Assembly: GCA_963733035.1 (NCBI GenBank)
Contig: CAVTBU010000004.1
Coordinates: 320,001-384,000, forward strand
Source of the DNA: Pirellulales bacterium
Lineage (GTDB): Bacteria; Planctomycetota; Planctomycetia; Pirellulales; PALSA-1355
Reading direction: 5' to 3'
DNA: 64,000 bases
Of this stretch, positions 1 through 10,887 are shown piece after piece. Both the position numbers and the translations under genes were made by a program. How positions within the stretch are numbered: position 1 is the stretch's first letter; the number at the start of each line of letters is the position of its first letter. Below the pieces are notes generated by a model, which had not been told where the DNA came from, made no database searches, and was given only the letters and a program-made list of their open reading frames with translations.

Positions 1-2
1 GA

Positions 3-965
3 CCGACGGACCTGCCAAAACACCGACAGCTCTCCGAACAGGCACAGGTACCGGCCAACTGTCCGTTTTGTCCTGGCAATGAAGCCTTGACTCCTCCGGA
101 AATCTTCGCCCACCGCTCGCCGAATGACCGCGACCCGTCGAATTGGATGGTGAGGGTTTTTGCCAACAAGTTTCCAGCCCTGCGCACGGACGAAACTCCC
201 GTTCGATCGGAAGACGCGAACCATTTCTCATCGATGGCAGGATGCGGTGCACACGAGGTGATTATCGAATCGCCCAGGCACGACGTCTTCCTGGGTCAAC
301 AGCCCATTGGACAAGTGGAACTCATCCTGGGCACATTACAGTATCGTTACCGCGCCTTGATGTCCGACAAGCGCTTTCAGACCGTGGTTCTTTTCAAGAA
401 TCATGGATTGGGAGCCGGCACATCCCTGCAGCATCCCCACTGGCAATTGATTGCCACGCCGATCGTGCCGCGGCTGCTGCGCATGCAGCACTACGAGGCG
501 GAGTCGTACTTCGATCGCCACGGTGTGTGCTTGTATTGTGCGATGCTCGAGCGGGAACTCGCGGCGGAGCGGCGCATTCTGGCCCACAATCACGACTACG
601 TCGCGTTTTTGCCGTTTGCTTCCCATGTGCCGTTTGAAACCTGGATCATGCCGCGAAGCGCACAGCCGTCGTTCAATGTTGTCGACGAAAAACAGCTGCG
701 CTCGCTCGCCGAGATCCTGAAGACGGCCCTGCTGAAGCTTTACACGGGCCTTGACGACCCGGATTTCAACCTCACGATTGACGACGTGCCACGTGGGGAT
801 GACGACAAGGACTATTTTCGGTGGCACATGCGCATTTTGCCGCGACTGAGCACGCCCGCCGGCTTCGAAATGGGAAGCGGGATGTCGATCAACACCGTCT
901 TGCCCGAGGAAGCCGCGACCTTTCTGCGCGACGTCTCGGTCGTTCATGAAACGCTCGATGGTTGA
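3..965 (+). CDS. galT: Galactose-1-phosphate uridylyltransferase (GalT/HIT superfamily), 5' end outside window
   Basis: The frame is open from base 3. It contains the CPFCPGNE Zn motif, GAHEVIIESPRH, the catalytic HPHWQ (HxHxQ) motif, a CLYC motif and the C-terminal AGFEMGSG..IN...PE.AA..LR signature. Confidence 0.9.
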   Translation, partial: PTDLPKHRQLSEQAQVPANCPFCPGNEALTPPEIFAHRSPNDRDPSNWMVRVFANKFPALRTDETPVRSEDANHFSSMAGCGAHEVIIESPRHDVFLGQQPIGQVELILGTLQYRYRALMSDKRFQTVVLFKNHGLGAGTSLQHPHWQLIATPIVPRLLRMQHYEAESYFDRHGVCLYCAMLERELAAERRILAHNHDYVAFLPFASHVPFETWIMPRSAQPSFNVVDEKQLRSLAEILKTALLKLYTGLDDPDFNLTIDDVPRGDDDKDYFRWHMRILPRLSTPAGFEMGSGMSINTVLPEEAATFLRDVSVVHETLDG

Positions 966-1324
966 CACGCTTCGGACTTTTCTCAGGCTCCGCCCAGAGC
1001 CAACCTTTTAGGGGTGCGATTTGCGAAGTGGCATCCTTCTGGGGGCTCGGCAACTGGCGAGGTTCAATCGCCGCACAGGAAACTGACAGCACGCAGGCAG
1101 TGCCCAGCTATCGCTCACAAGACACGGCGACAATCTAGCCAAATTCACTTCTTCCGCCCAATTGCACGACTTCGCACGGCTGCAAACTGGGCCGTCTGAC
1201 GAATTTGAAAGTCGTGCTTAAATTGATGCCTGTCTGGTTTGTATCAGTCCGATAACGGTTTCTAGTGTCACTACGTAGTCGCAAGTCGACCTCAACTTCT
1301 GACCCAGCGAATTCGAGGCGAGCC

Positions 1325-3124
1325 ATGCTGTTCGTACGCCGGTCCATGAGCGTCGCGTTGGCGCTTTTTTCCGCGAGTATTGCCGCGGCGCAAACGGGTC
1401 CCTATCCGGCCGCCCCCCCTGGTGCCCCGCAACGTCCAACTGTCGTTCCCAATTCGGCGCAGCAGGGAGCGGTCCTCCGACCCGTGCCCCAGGCCTTTGG
1501 GCCGGGCGCAGCTCCACAACCAGTGCAGCAAGCGCGCTACACGGCGCCTGGAGTTCAAATCACGCCGGTTAGCCGCGCGAATATGAGTCAGCAGACAGGC
1601 CCGCCGGTACAGCCCGTACCGCCGCCTGAGAATGTGATTGGGGAGCCGACCATAGATCCACTCCCCATCAGTCCGTCAATTTTGAGCGACGAAGTCAATC
1701 CGATTAACCTGGACAGCGCATTTCGGCTTGGCGGAGTGCAGAACCCTCAAATTCGTTTGGCGGGTCAACAGATTTCGCAGGCGGTCGCGGAACGGCAGTT
1801 GGCGGCGGCCGTGATTCTACCGACGATCAACGTCGGTACCAATTACGACGACCATACCGGCGTTTTGCAACAATCAAGCGGTAACATTCTGAATGTCAAC
1901 CGTAGCGCCTTGTATGCTGGGGCTGGTGCGAATGTCGTTGCCGCCGGTACGGTCAACATTCCCGGCATCGTGTGGAACGATAACCTGTCGGAAGCACTTT
2001 TTCGCTATCTAAAGTCACGACAACGCGTTGCGGAACGACAGGCCAATCTGTTCGCGACCAGTAATCACATGTTGCTGGAGGTCGCCGCCGCATACTTTGA
2101 ATTGATGCGGGCCGAACAGTCCCGCGCCATTGCCGCTCAGATCCGAGCCGAGGCGAGGGAAGTTGCCCGCATCACAGCTAGCTACGCCGCGACCGGCCAA
2201 GGCCGCGAAGCGGATGCCAACCGTGCGGCAACGGAGTTTCGCCGCCGCGATGTCCAAGTCCTCGAGTTCGAGGGCAATATTCTCAAGGCGTCGGCCCGGC
2301 TGGCACAGCTGCTCAATCTCGACCCGTCGGTTCGTTTGCACCCGACCGATCCCTGGGCAGTGCCGTTGGGCATTATTCCCGAGTCGATGACGTTGCCGCA
2401 ACTATTGACCATCGGCTTGACCCAGCGTCCGGAGATGGCGGAGCGACAGGCGGCCGTTCGCTTTGCACTCCGGAACTTACAGATGTATCGCTGGCTGCCG
2501 TTTTCACCCACGACACGCGTTGGCTTTAGTGCCGGCACCTTCGGCGGCGGCAGCAATCTCTCGCAACCTCCTTATAACGTTACGCCCTTCTTCGGCAATT
2601 TCTCCTCACGAAGCGACTTTGACGTCTTGGCTTACTGGACCTTGAAAAACTGCGCCGTTGGTAACCGTGCGTTGATCAATCAGGCCGCGGCGGAGTACAA
2701 CATCAGCGATCTGGAGCTGCTGAAGACGCTTAACTTAGTTCGAGCTCAGGTTGCCTCCTCACAGGCCAAGGCATTGGCCCGGTTTGCTCAAATCGGGATC
2801 AATCAGCGGGCCGTTCAAACAGGCCAGGCAGGTTTCGGTGAAGACTTGCTCCGCACAAAAGCCGCGGAGGGACTGCCGATCGAGGTGCTCAACAACTTGG
2901 ATCTGCTCGCGCGAGCGCGATTCGAATTCCTGACATCGATCATCGAGTTCAACACCGCCGAATTCGAACTCTACGTGGCTCTCGGCCAACCACCCGCGAC
3001 TGCCTTAGCGCAGCCAATCGCCGAGCCACTTCCCAACCCGGAGAACCTGCCCCCTCCCGCAGGGCAGAACCAGCCGGGCGCCGCACTTCCTCAGCAACCC
3101 GCGCCGCCTCAAGTAATCCAGTAG
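1325..3124 (+). CDS. TolC-family outer-membrane efflux factor 1 with Pro/Gln-rich N-terminal extension
   Basis: Signal-peptide-like N-terminus, then PINLDSAFRL..QNP and two helical OEP repeats (VAAAYFEL..., IEVLNNLD.L..AR...). It lies upstream of RND genes. The start (1325 vs 1346) is uncertain. Confidence 0.85.
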   Translation: MLFVRRSMSVALALFSASIAAAQTGPYPAAPPGAPQRPTVVPNSAQQGAVLRPVPQAFGPGAAPQPVQQARYTAPGVQITPVSRANMSQQTGPPVQPVPPPENVIGEPTIDPLPISPSILSDEVNPINLDSAFRLGGVQNPQIRLAGQQISQAVAERQLAAAVILPTINVGTNYDDHTGVLQQSSGNILNVNRSALYAGAGANVVAAGTVNIPGIVWNDNLSEALFRYLKSRQRVAERQANLFATSNHMLLEVAAAYFELMRAEQSRAIAAQIRAEAREVARITASYAATGQGREADANRAATEFRRRDVQVLEFEGNILKASARLAQLLNLDPSVRLHPTDPWAVPLGIIPESMTLPQLLTIGLTQRPEMAERQAAVRFALRNLQMYRWLPFSPTTRVGFSAGTFGGGSNLSQPPYNVTPFFGNFSSRSDFDVLAYWTLKNCAVGNRALINQAAAEYNISDLELLKTLNLVRAQVASSQAKALARFAQIGINQRAVQTGQAGFGEDLLRTKAAEGLPIEVLNNLDLLARARFEFLTSIIEFNTAEFELYVALGQPPATALAQPIAEPLPNPENLPPPAGQNQPGAALPQQPAPPQVIQ

Positions 3125-3196
3125 GCAGTCCGCTCCGTTCGGTAGGCGGATACCTTCCAGTTACGAGACCCAGTCATGTGCAGAAGTATAGCGCGA

Positions 3197-4869
3197 ATGC
3201 GAAACCTCAGACTCTGGACCATGCGCAATGCATTGGTTGGCCTCCTGCTTTTACCGCTGCTTGGTAGTTGGCTGCTCACAGCCGAGGCAGTCGAGCGTCT
3301 ACCTCGGGTGGCGCCCGCGCCGGCTGGAAGTCGTCCGACGTCCCCGCTGTATCCAGTGCAACAGGCCACGGCAACCGTCGCGAGCCACAGTCAATCGAGT
3401 CCCGGCGCTCCGTCGTCGTTGGGACAACCTGAGGACATTAAAGTCCCTGCCTTGCAGTTGCGCCCGAAGCCTATGCCAACGGCGCGACTGTGGGAGACAA
3501 TGGAGTTTACCCGATCGATCTGCCGTCCGCGCTGATGCTGGCGGACCGCGCGAACCCGGAACTAAACATTACGCGTCAAGAGATCAACGCCAGCCTGGCA
3601 GTGCAAACCTTGGCGCGGACGATTTTGGTACCCAACCTGAACGCCGGTGCGAATCTTCACCTCCACAACGGGCCGCTGCAAAAATCATTCGGTGCCATTT
3701 CAACGCTGGCCGAAAAGTCCCTCTACGTGGGTGGCGGTGCCGACACGGTTGCGGCCGAATCCATTAAGGTTCCGATGGTTCAAATCTCGGCTGCACTGAC
3801 CGATGCGATTTACGAGCCGCTTGCGGCCCGTCAGCGAGTAACCGCCGCTCGCTTCAACAATAGAAACGCTTTCAATACGATTCTCCGCGACGTCAGCACC
3901 GGTTATATCTCGTTGATGGCCGCCGAAGCCACCCTTGCGGTCCTGCAAGAATCGTTCGCAAACGCCACCGAAGTCGCGAGAACGACAAGCAACTTCGCGG
4001 AAGTCGGCCAGGCCCGCCAGGCCGACGCCGATCGAACACAGACGGAGGCCTCGCTGCTGAATTCCGAGGTACAGTTGGCAATTTCGGAACGGGCCGTCGC
4101 CTCGGCCGAGTTGTGCCGGCTGCTCAATCTCGATCCGTCGCTTCGCCTGACGACCGTCCAGGCGCGGCCACTTCCAGTACTCAACCTTGTCGACCCAAGC
4201 TATTCGGTGGAGCAACTGATCGGCGTCGCGATGGGAATGCGTCCAGACTTGATTGCCAGGTCCGCGGAAGTCGCGGAAATGGAAGCGCATTATCGCCAAG
4301 AGCGGATGCGGCCGTGGCTGCCGACGGTGATGTTAGGATTCAGCGCCGGCACGTTCGGTGGCGGCAGCAATTTGCAGCAGGCACCGTACAACGTTCCCCA
4401 GACATTTGGTGCATTTGGGGCACGAACGGACTTTGACGCCCTCGCCGTATGGACGGCGCAAAACGTTGGCGTCGGAAATATGGCACGGTGGCGCACACGA
4501 CGCGCGCAGCGCGATCAGAACTTCTACAGGCGGGTGGCGACAGTGAACCTGCTTCGTGAACAGATCGCGTCCGCCCACGCGCTGTCGACCGCCGGCCGCA
4601 AAGAAATCGTCGTGAGTCGTGCCCGCTTGGCAACCGCCGAAGATGGCTATGTCGAGGAGCTCCGCCGCGTGCAAGGGGGTGAAGGTCTGCCGATCGAATT
4701 GATCGACAACTTGAATCGGCTCGTGCGGGCGCGCGTTGCCTTGATCAAGGCGATTGCCACCTATGACAAGGCACAATTTGATTTGTTTGTCGCCTTGGGC
4801 CAGCCGCCCACGCTAGCGCTCCCGAACGCCCAAGCACTACAAGCACCACCGGCCGCAAACGGACCGTGA
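3197..4869 (+). CDS. TolC-family outer-membrane efflux factor 2, one frameshift near 3460
   Basis: The signal-peptide ORF 3176-3535 joins ORF 3490-4869 (PIDLPSAL.LA...NP, OEP repeats). It is a clear paralog of the preceding gene (shared LLNLDPS, GFSAGTFGGGSNL, L(Y/F)VALGQPP). Confidence 0.85.
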
Positions 4870-5195
4870 CGCGCATGCATGCAGGGAAATCATCGCGTCG
4901 GAAATCCCAGTTACATTTTCGTTACCTTAGGTGCAAAACCAGTCTTCCAACGCGTATTGTTTTATAGGGAGGTTGCGTTTTTCGAAGGACGGACAGGATG
5001 AGTCGTTTGACGAAAACTCCTTGTGGATTTTCACTTTGTGAGACTCGCGTGGAACATCGAGCAAGCGGAATGGGAACTCCCAAGCAGCGCAATTTGGACC
5101 ACGCGACGGCTCGACGAAAGGCATATTGCCGAAACGGAAATCGTCAAGTAGAGTATTCAAAGGCGTCAGGCAAGAACGAGACTTTTGGTGCGTCC

Positions 5196-5591
5196 ATGCG
5201 ACGAACAGCGTGCAACTCAATCGCCGTGGTGGCTGCCATCGGTGCGATACTCTCCCCACTGGCAGTGCCCTCCATTGAGATTTCCGCTGGTCATGCAGTT
5301 CGTCCGGTCCGCACTAGCGCCTCGGCCATGGATACGATCGCGGCCGTCTCCGCGGTCATTCGTGCTCAGCGCAACTTCGCCGACTGTACTCAGCCTCATA
5401 ATTGGCTCGAATCGCGATCGGAGGAAGAAAATAAGCTGGCGGTTGCCATCGAAGCCAATGGTGCTTCGCCGGCACTTATTGACACTCCCACTTTTAACGC
5501 ATGTGTTGCTTTGAGCGATTTCGGCCGGCATTTGGCCTGGAATCCGTCGACACGCGCGTTCTCACCCAGCGTTCATCCGCTACGCTGCTAG
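5196..5591 (+). CDS. Hypothetical 131-aa protein with hydrophobic N-terminus, ending HPLRC; possible leader of the RND operon
   Basis: ATG at 5196, hydrophobic SIAVVAAIGAILSPLAVP, acidic patch SEEEN. It fills the gap between the TolC pair and MFP1 in the same orientation. Confidence 0.55.
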   Translation: MRRTACNSIAVVAAIGAILSPLAVPSIEISAGHAVRPVRTSASAMDTIAAVSAVIRAQRNFADCTQPHNWLESRSEEENKLAVAIEANGASPALIDTPTFNACVALSDFGRHLAWNPSTRAFSPSVHPLRC

Positions 5592-5617
5592 GCCCGAATC
5601 GGGGCATCCTTCTTTAA

Positions 5618-5658
5618 GACACGCTATGTGAGCGTGAAAACCCTCGTGTGAGGGCGTC
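5618..5658 (+). promoter_or_regulatory. Tandem hairpins / TGTGAG direct repeat upstream of MFP1
   Basis: CACGCT-atgtg-AGCGTG (5620-5636) and CCCTC-gtgt-GAGGG (5641-5654), bracketed by GAC/GTC. TGTGAG occurs at 5627 and 5647. Confidence 0.35.
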
Positions 5659-5755
5659 ATTTTAGCTTCCCTCGGGCGGATGGAAGGTGGTTTTAGGCCG
5701 CGCTCTGTGCGCGTTCACACCCCAATCCGAACAGCAGCCTGCAGGAGTTCAAATT

Positions 5756-7171
5756 ATGCAAGGTCGATTTTCAAAATGGCATCTCGCCCTGTTTCTGGCA
5801 GCTAGCATCGGGGGACTGACAACGTGGTACGCCGTGGCGTCAAACTCGGCGGCGGAAGTCCCTCACGAGGATGACATTCACCAAAGTGCTGCGGACGCAC
5901 CCTCGCATTCGGATGTGGTTCGAATTGAGGCCGTCAAGCCCGAACGGGGAGGCATCGAGCGTACGACGAATCAACCGGGCTCGGTAATCGCCTACGAGTC
6001 GGCTCGGTTGTTTGCCAAGGCGCCCGGATATCTGAAGTCGCAAGCGGTAGACATTGGGGACCACGTAAAGCGTGGACAGGTTTTAGCCGTTATCGACGCG
6101 CCGGAATTAATTCAGGACGTCGAAGTTGCGCAAGCCACGCTGACTCAAACCCAAGCCCAGGTGAAGCAAGCCGACGCCCGCGTCAACGCCGAAAAGGCAG
6201 CTCGCGACGCCGCCGTCGCGGCGATCGCCGAAGCGGAAGCCGAACTTGGTCACACCAAGGCCGTGCGAGATTTTCGCGAGAAGCAGTATCACCGCATCAA
6301 GGGATTGTTCGACCTGAAGTCGATTGACGAGCGACTGGTGGACGAAAAGCTCGACGAATGGGAGGCGGCCAGCGCCGCCGACCGTGCTGCGCACGCCGCG
6401 GTTGCCAGTTCCAAAGCGCTGGCCGCCGCCGCAACCGCCCGAGTCGCCCAGGCCCAAGCGGACGCCGCCGAGGCACGCGCCAAAGTGGCGGTTGCCGACG
6501 CTGAGTTAGCCAAGGCGAAGGTTCTCGCTGCGTACTTGGAGATTACTTCGCCGTACGACGGAGTCATTACGGAACGAAACTTCTTCCGCGGAGATTTCAT
6601 TTCCGGGGCCGACCAAAGTGCCGACAAGCCACTCTTGGCAGTCGCTCGCACCGACGTGGTCCGCGTGGTGGTTCAGGTGCCCGACGACGACGTGCCGTTG
6701 TTGGACGTGAACGATCCGGTTGACGTAACGATCGATGCTCTGCGGGGCCAGAAGTTCGAGGGCAAGATCAGCCGCTTCGCCAACGCCGAAGATACGCAGA
6801 CGCGGCTTATGCGGGCCGAAGTCGACTTGCCCAACCCCGACAACAAATTACATCCGGGCATGTATGGCAGCGCCATCATTCATTTGTCGCCCAACGAGTT
6901 GGCGTTGCGCGTGCCGTCGGCGGCTCTGCACGAGCAGAGTGGAGACGGACATGCGACGCTGTATGTCGCGAAGAACGGCAAAGCCGAACTTCGACATGTG
7001 CGCGTTGGCAGAGACAACGGAGCGCAGGTTGAGGTCATCGACGGCTTGAGCCCCGCTGATGAAGTGATCGTCAGCCAGAGCGACCAACTAACCGACGGAG
7101 CCGCCGTCCAGATACTCAATTCCACGGTTGGCAACGGGCAAACCACGTCTGCCGGGCCGGAACGAACATGA
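5756..7171 (+). CDS. RND efflux periplasmic adaptor (MFP) 1
   Basis: GGAG RBS before ATG 5756, N-terminal TM anchor, lipoyl half-motifs VDIGDHVKRGQVLAVIDAPE and ITSPYDGVIT, long Ala-rich hairpin, LHPGMY. Confidence 0.92.
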   Translation: MQGRFSKWHLALFLAASIGGLTTWYAVASNSAAEVPHEDDIHQSAADAPSHSDVVRIEAVKPERGGIERTTNQPGSVIAYESARLFAKAPGYLKSQAVDIGDHVKRGQVLAVIDAPELIQDVEVAQATLTQTQAQVKQADARVNAEKAARDAAVAAIAEAEAELGHTKAVRDFREKQYHRIKGLFDLKSIDERLVDEKLDEWEAASAADRAAHAAVASSKALAAAATARVAQAQADAAEARAKVAVADAELAKAKVLAAYLEITSPYDGVITERNFFRGDFISGADQSADKPLLAVARTDVVRVVVQVPDDDVPLLDVNDPVDVTIDALRGQKFEGKISRFANAEDTQTRLMRAEVDLPNPDNKLHPGMYGSAIIHLSPNELALRVPSAALHEQSGDGHATLYVAKNGKAELRHVRVGRDNGAQVEVIDGLSPADEVIVSQSDQLTDGAAVQILNSTVGNGQTTSAGPERT

Positions 7172-7208
7172 GACCTAACCTGCTAACAGATTTGAGGCAC
7201 GCCCAGCC

Positions 7209-10200
7209 ATGAATGGACTAATACGCGCGTCGCTAAAAAACCCCTACGCGGTTACGGTCGTCGTCCTGACGCTGGTCGTGTTTGGCGTCCTGTCGCTGAT
7301 GATGATTCCCATCGACATTCTGCCGGTCTTCAGAAGCCCGGCCGTGCAGGTGCTAACCTTCTACAACGGGATGCCTGCTGACAGTATCGAGAAGGACATC
7401 ACGAACCGGATGGAACGGTGGACCGGTCAGGCGGCTGGCACCATGCGCCAGGAATCGCGTTCGATTCTCGGCGCAAGCATCATTCGCAATTACTACAGTG
7501 GCGACACGGACCCGAACGGTGCCCTCACGCAGGTAAATTCGTTGGCCTCGGCGGCCATCCCAAACCTGCCGCCGGGCACGCTGCCTCCGGTGATCCTGCC
7601 GTTCGATCCCACCAGCACGACACCGGCCTGCATCATCGCGCTGGATAGCGGCTCGCAGAGCGAATCGATTCTTTATGACGTTGGCCGCTACGAAGTTCGC
7701 AACATGATCATGGGCGTTCCCGGCGCCGTTGCGCCCGTCGTTTATGGCGGAAAGCTGCGGGCCGTGATGGCCTATCTTGACCGCGCGAAGCTGCAGGCCC
7801 GTAACTTGTCGCCAGTCGACGTCATGACGGCGCTCGACAACTACAACCTGTTTCTGCCGACTGGCGACGCGAAGTTTGGCTCGCTGGACTATGCCATCGA
7901 TTCGAATTCGATGTACGACCTGGTGGAGCGGATGGGCGATATTCCACTCCGCACCGAACATGGCAACGCCGCGTTCTTGAAGGACGTTGCCACGCCGAAG
8001 GATGCTTCGTTCATTCAGACCAACGTGGTACGCGTAAACGGTCGGCGTCAGGTATACATCCCGGTGTTCCGCCAAATGGGCTCCAGCACGCTCAGCGTGG
8101 TCAATCAGCTCAAAAAGGCGGTGCCCGACATGACCGCCAAAGTCACTCGCCCCGACATCAATCTTAAGCTTGTGATGGATCAGTCGGTGTATGTCCGGCA
8201 TTCGATCGAGAGCCTGTTCGAGGAAGGTGTGCTCGGGGCCGTGTTGTGCTCGCTCGTGATCCTCATCTTTCTGGGCGAGTGGCGGATGACGATGATCGCG
8301 GTGATGACCATTCCGATTTCCGTTCTGGCGGCGTGCGTCTGCCTGTACTACACCGGCAACACGATCAACGTGATGACGTTGGCCGGTCTGTCCTTGGCAA
8401 TCGGCCCGCTCGTCGACAGCGCCATCATTTGCTTGGAAAACACGCATCGCCATCTCGGGCTGGGGAATTCTCCTGCCAAGGCAGCCTACCTAGGTGCCAG
8501 TGAGGTGGCCATGCCGGAACTCGTGGCCAGCTGTTGTACCCTGTTGGTTCTCGCGCCCCTGGCGCTGATGCCGGGAATGGGCGAGTTTCTCTTCCGGCCG
8601 ATGGCGATGGCGGTAGCCTTTGCGATGATCGCGGCGTACATGCTATCGCGGTCATTCGTACCGGCACGCTGCGCCGCCTGGCTGAGGTCGCACCATGTCG
8701 AACATCCGATCGAAAGCCACAATCCGCATGGGGAAGACTACGAGCACCGTAGCGAACACGAACTGCCGCCCATGAAGAAGAACGTCTTCAGCCGGCTGTT
8801 CGAACGCTGGGAAGCGCTAATCAATCGCGGAATTCAGGCCTACGTATTCCTGTTGGGGCGGGTGATGAAGGTTCGGCTGCTAACGGTCTGTTCTGCCTTT
8901 GTGTTATTGGTGGTCACGGTCGGCGCTGGGGACGCAGCTCCGCCGCGAGTTCTTTCCCGAAGTTGACGCCGGAGCGTTCGAGATTTACGTGCGCGGCAAG
9001 TCGGGCACCCGAATCGAAATCAGCGAGCAGCGCATCGCGCAAGTTGAAGACTTCATCAAGAAGAAAGTCGGGCACGACTTGCAGTTGACCATCAGCGAAC
9101 TTGGCGTTACTCCCGACTGGTCGGCCGCGTATACGCCCAACTCGGGACCCATGGACAGCGTCGTCAAGGTTCAGCTTGATGAAGAACGCGAGAAGTCCGC
9201 GCAAGAGTACGTTGATATCCTGCGAGAAGGTTTTGCCAAGGATCCGGAATTTGCCTCGCTCGAATTTGCCTTTGACGCCGGCGGTATGATCCGCGGAGCC
9301 ATGAACGAAGGCAAATCAACGCCCATCAACATTCGTATCACCAGCAAGAACTTAGAGCTGGCACATAAGATCGCCGAGCAAATTGAACGTAAGGTTTCCA
9401 AAATCGACGGCGTCGTCGACTGTCGCATTTTGCAAAGATTGGATTACCCCAAGTACATCATCGACGTCGACCGCACCAAGGCGGCCGACCTGGGGTTGGA
9501 TCAGTCCGACGTGATGAAGAATGTCGTGGCGGCCCTCAACTCGAGCATCCAGTTCAACAAGCATAATTTCTGGATCGATCCGGTCAGTCACAATCAGTAT
9601 TTCGTCGGTGTGCAGTATCCGGAACGCGACATCAAGTCCGTCGACACGCTGATGGACATTCCGGTTACCAGCCCATTGCAGGAAAAACCGATTCCACTGC
9701 GGAATATCGCCTCGCTGCGGCGCAAACGATCCGGCCGAGATCACACACGCCAATTTGCAGCCAACGATCGACCTGACGATGGGCGTATCGCGGCGCGACC
9801 TGGGTCACGTGGCGATCGACGTCGCCGACGCGGTCCAGGAATTCGGCGAACAGATTGAACCCGGCGTGTGGGCACCATATGACCCCTATTCGGCCGATCA
9901 CAAGACCATATCTGGCAGCAAAATCACGATTACGGGCGAGTATACCCGTATGCAGGACACCTTTCGAAACCTCGGAATCGGCCTGGTGTTGGCATCGTTG
10001 CTTATCTACTTTTTGATGGTCGCGCTGTTTAAGTCTTACATCACTCCGCTGGTTGTGTTGGCCGCGGTGCCGATTGGCATCGTGGGCGTGATCGTGATGC
10101 TGTACTTGACGAGCACCGCCATCAACGTGCAATCGTTGTTGGGAGTGATTTTCATGGTGGGCATCGTCGTTTCGAACACGGTGCTCTTGACGGACTTCGC

Positions 10201-10496
10201 CCAGAAGCTTCGTGTCGAGGACAATCTGTCGCCGACCGAAGCCATCACGCGCGCGGCCGCCGTACGCGTGCGTCCCGTCGTAATGACTGCCCTGGCTGCA
10301 TTCTTCGCGCTGCTACCCATGGCGCGTAGGCCTGGCTCGCGGCAGTGAGGCAAACACGCCCTTGGGCCGTGCCGTCGTTGGCGGGTTGCTTGCCGGGCTG
10401 GTGACAACGCTGCTTGTTGTGCCGGCGCTATATTCGTTGATGGTACGGGATGATCGCGACAAAGAGCCTGTCGACATCGACGCTTTGCTGGCATAA
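7209..10496 (+). CDS. RND efflux permease 1 (AcrB/CusA superfamily), three frameshifts (~8923, ~9722, ~10325)
   Basis: ORFs 7209-8966, 8899-9858 and 9755-10348, plus a final segment read by hand (GLARGSEANTPLGRAVVGG...DALLA, TAA at 10494-10496). Together they are collinear with the intact paralog at 12437-15691. Confidence 0.9.
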
Positions 10497-10790
10497 ACCA
10501 CGAAACTCGCGTAAGCAAATACAGCCGATCAGATCGGTGCGCCAACCGGCCGCGCGGCCCTTTTCGCAGTGCCACGGATCCGTCCCGGTTTTCCGGCGTT
10601 CGGCCAATAATCCGAAAGAGTGCGCAGCGACGCCCCCCGAGATTGAACGACCGTTCAGGGCTCACCTCCCACCTTGCAGGCCGCCCGGCGCCGAATGCGC
10701 CCCATAAAATCGCCAGATCGCTCGAATCCGGACGCGGCGTCTTGTCGCGTAGGGCCGCAACCTGACGATTTTGCAAGGTCGCACGGGGCT

Positions 10791-10806
10791 CGGCACAATA
10801 ATCGCA
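10791..10806 (+). promoter_or_regulatory. Candidate sigma54 (-24/-12) promoter for MFP2-permease2
   Basis: CGGCACAATAATCGCA matches GG-N10-GC with GGCAC, about 80 nt before ATG 10888. Palindromes CCGG-N4-CCGG (10585-10596) and TTCGG-N8-CCGAA (10599-10616) lie about 190 nt upstream. Confidence 0.55.
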
Positions 10807-10887
10807 TAAACTCTAATCGTGCCGCATTCGTTTCCTCCAGGATCCTCGAATGCCGCGCGAGCAGAATCCTCACCGCGGATTGGGCTG

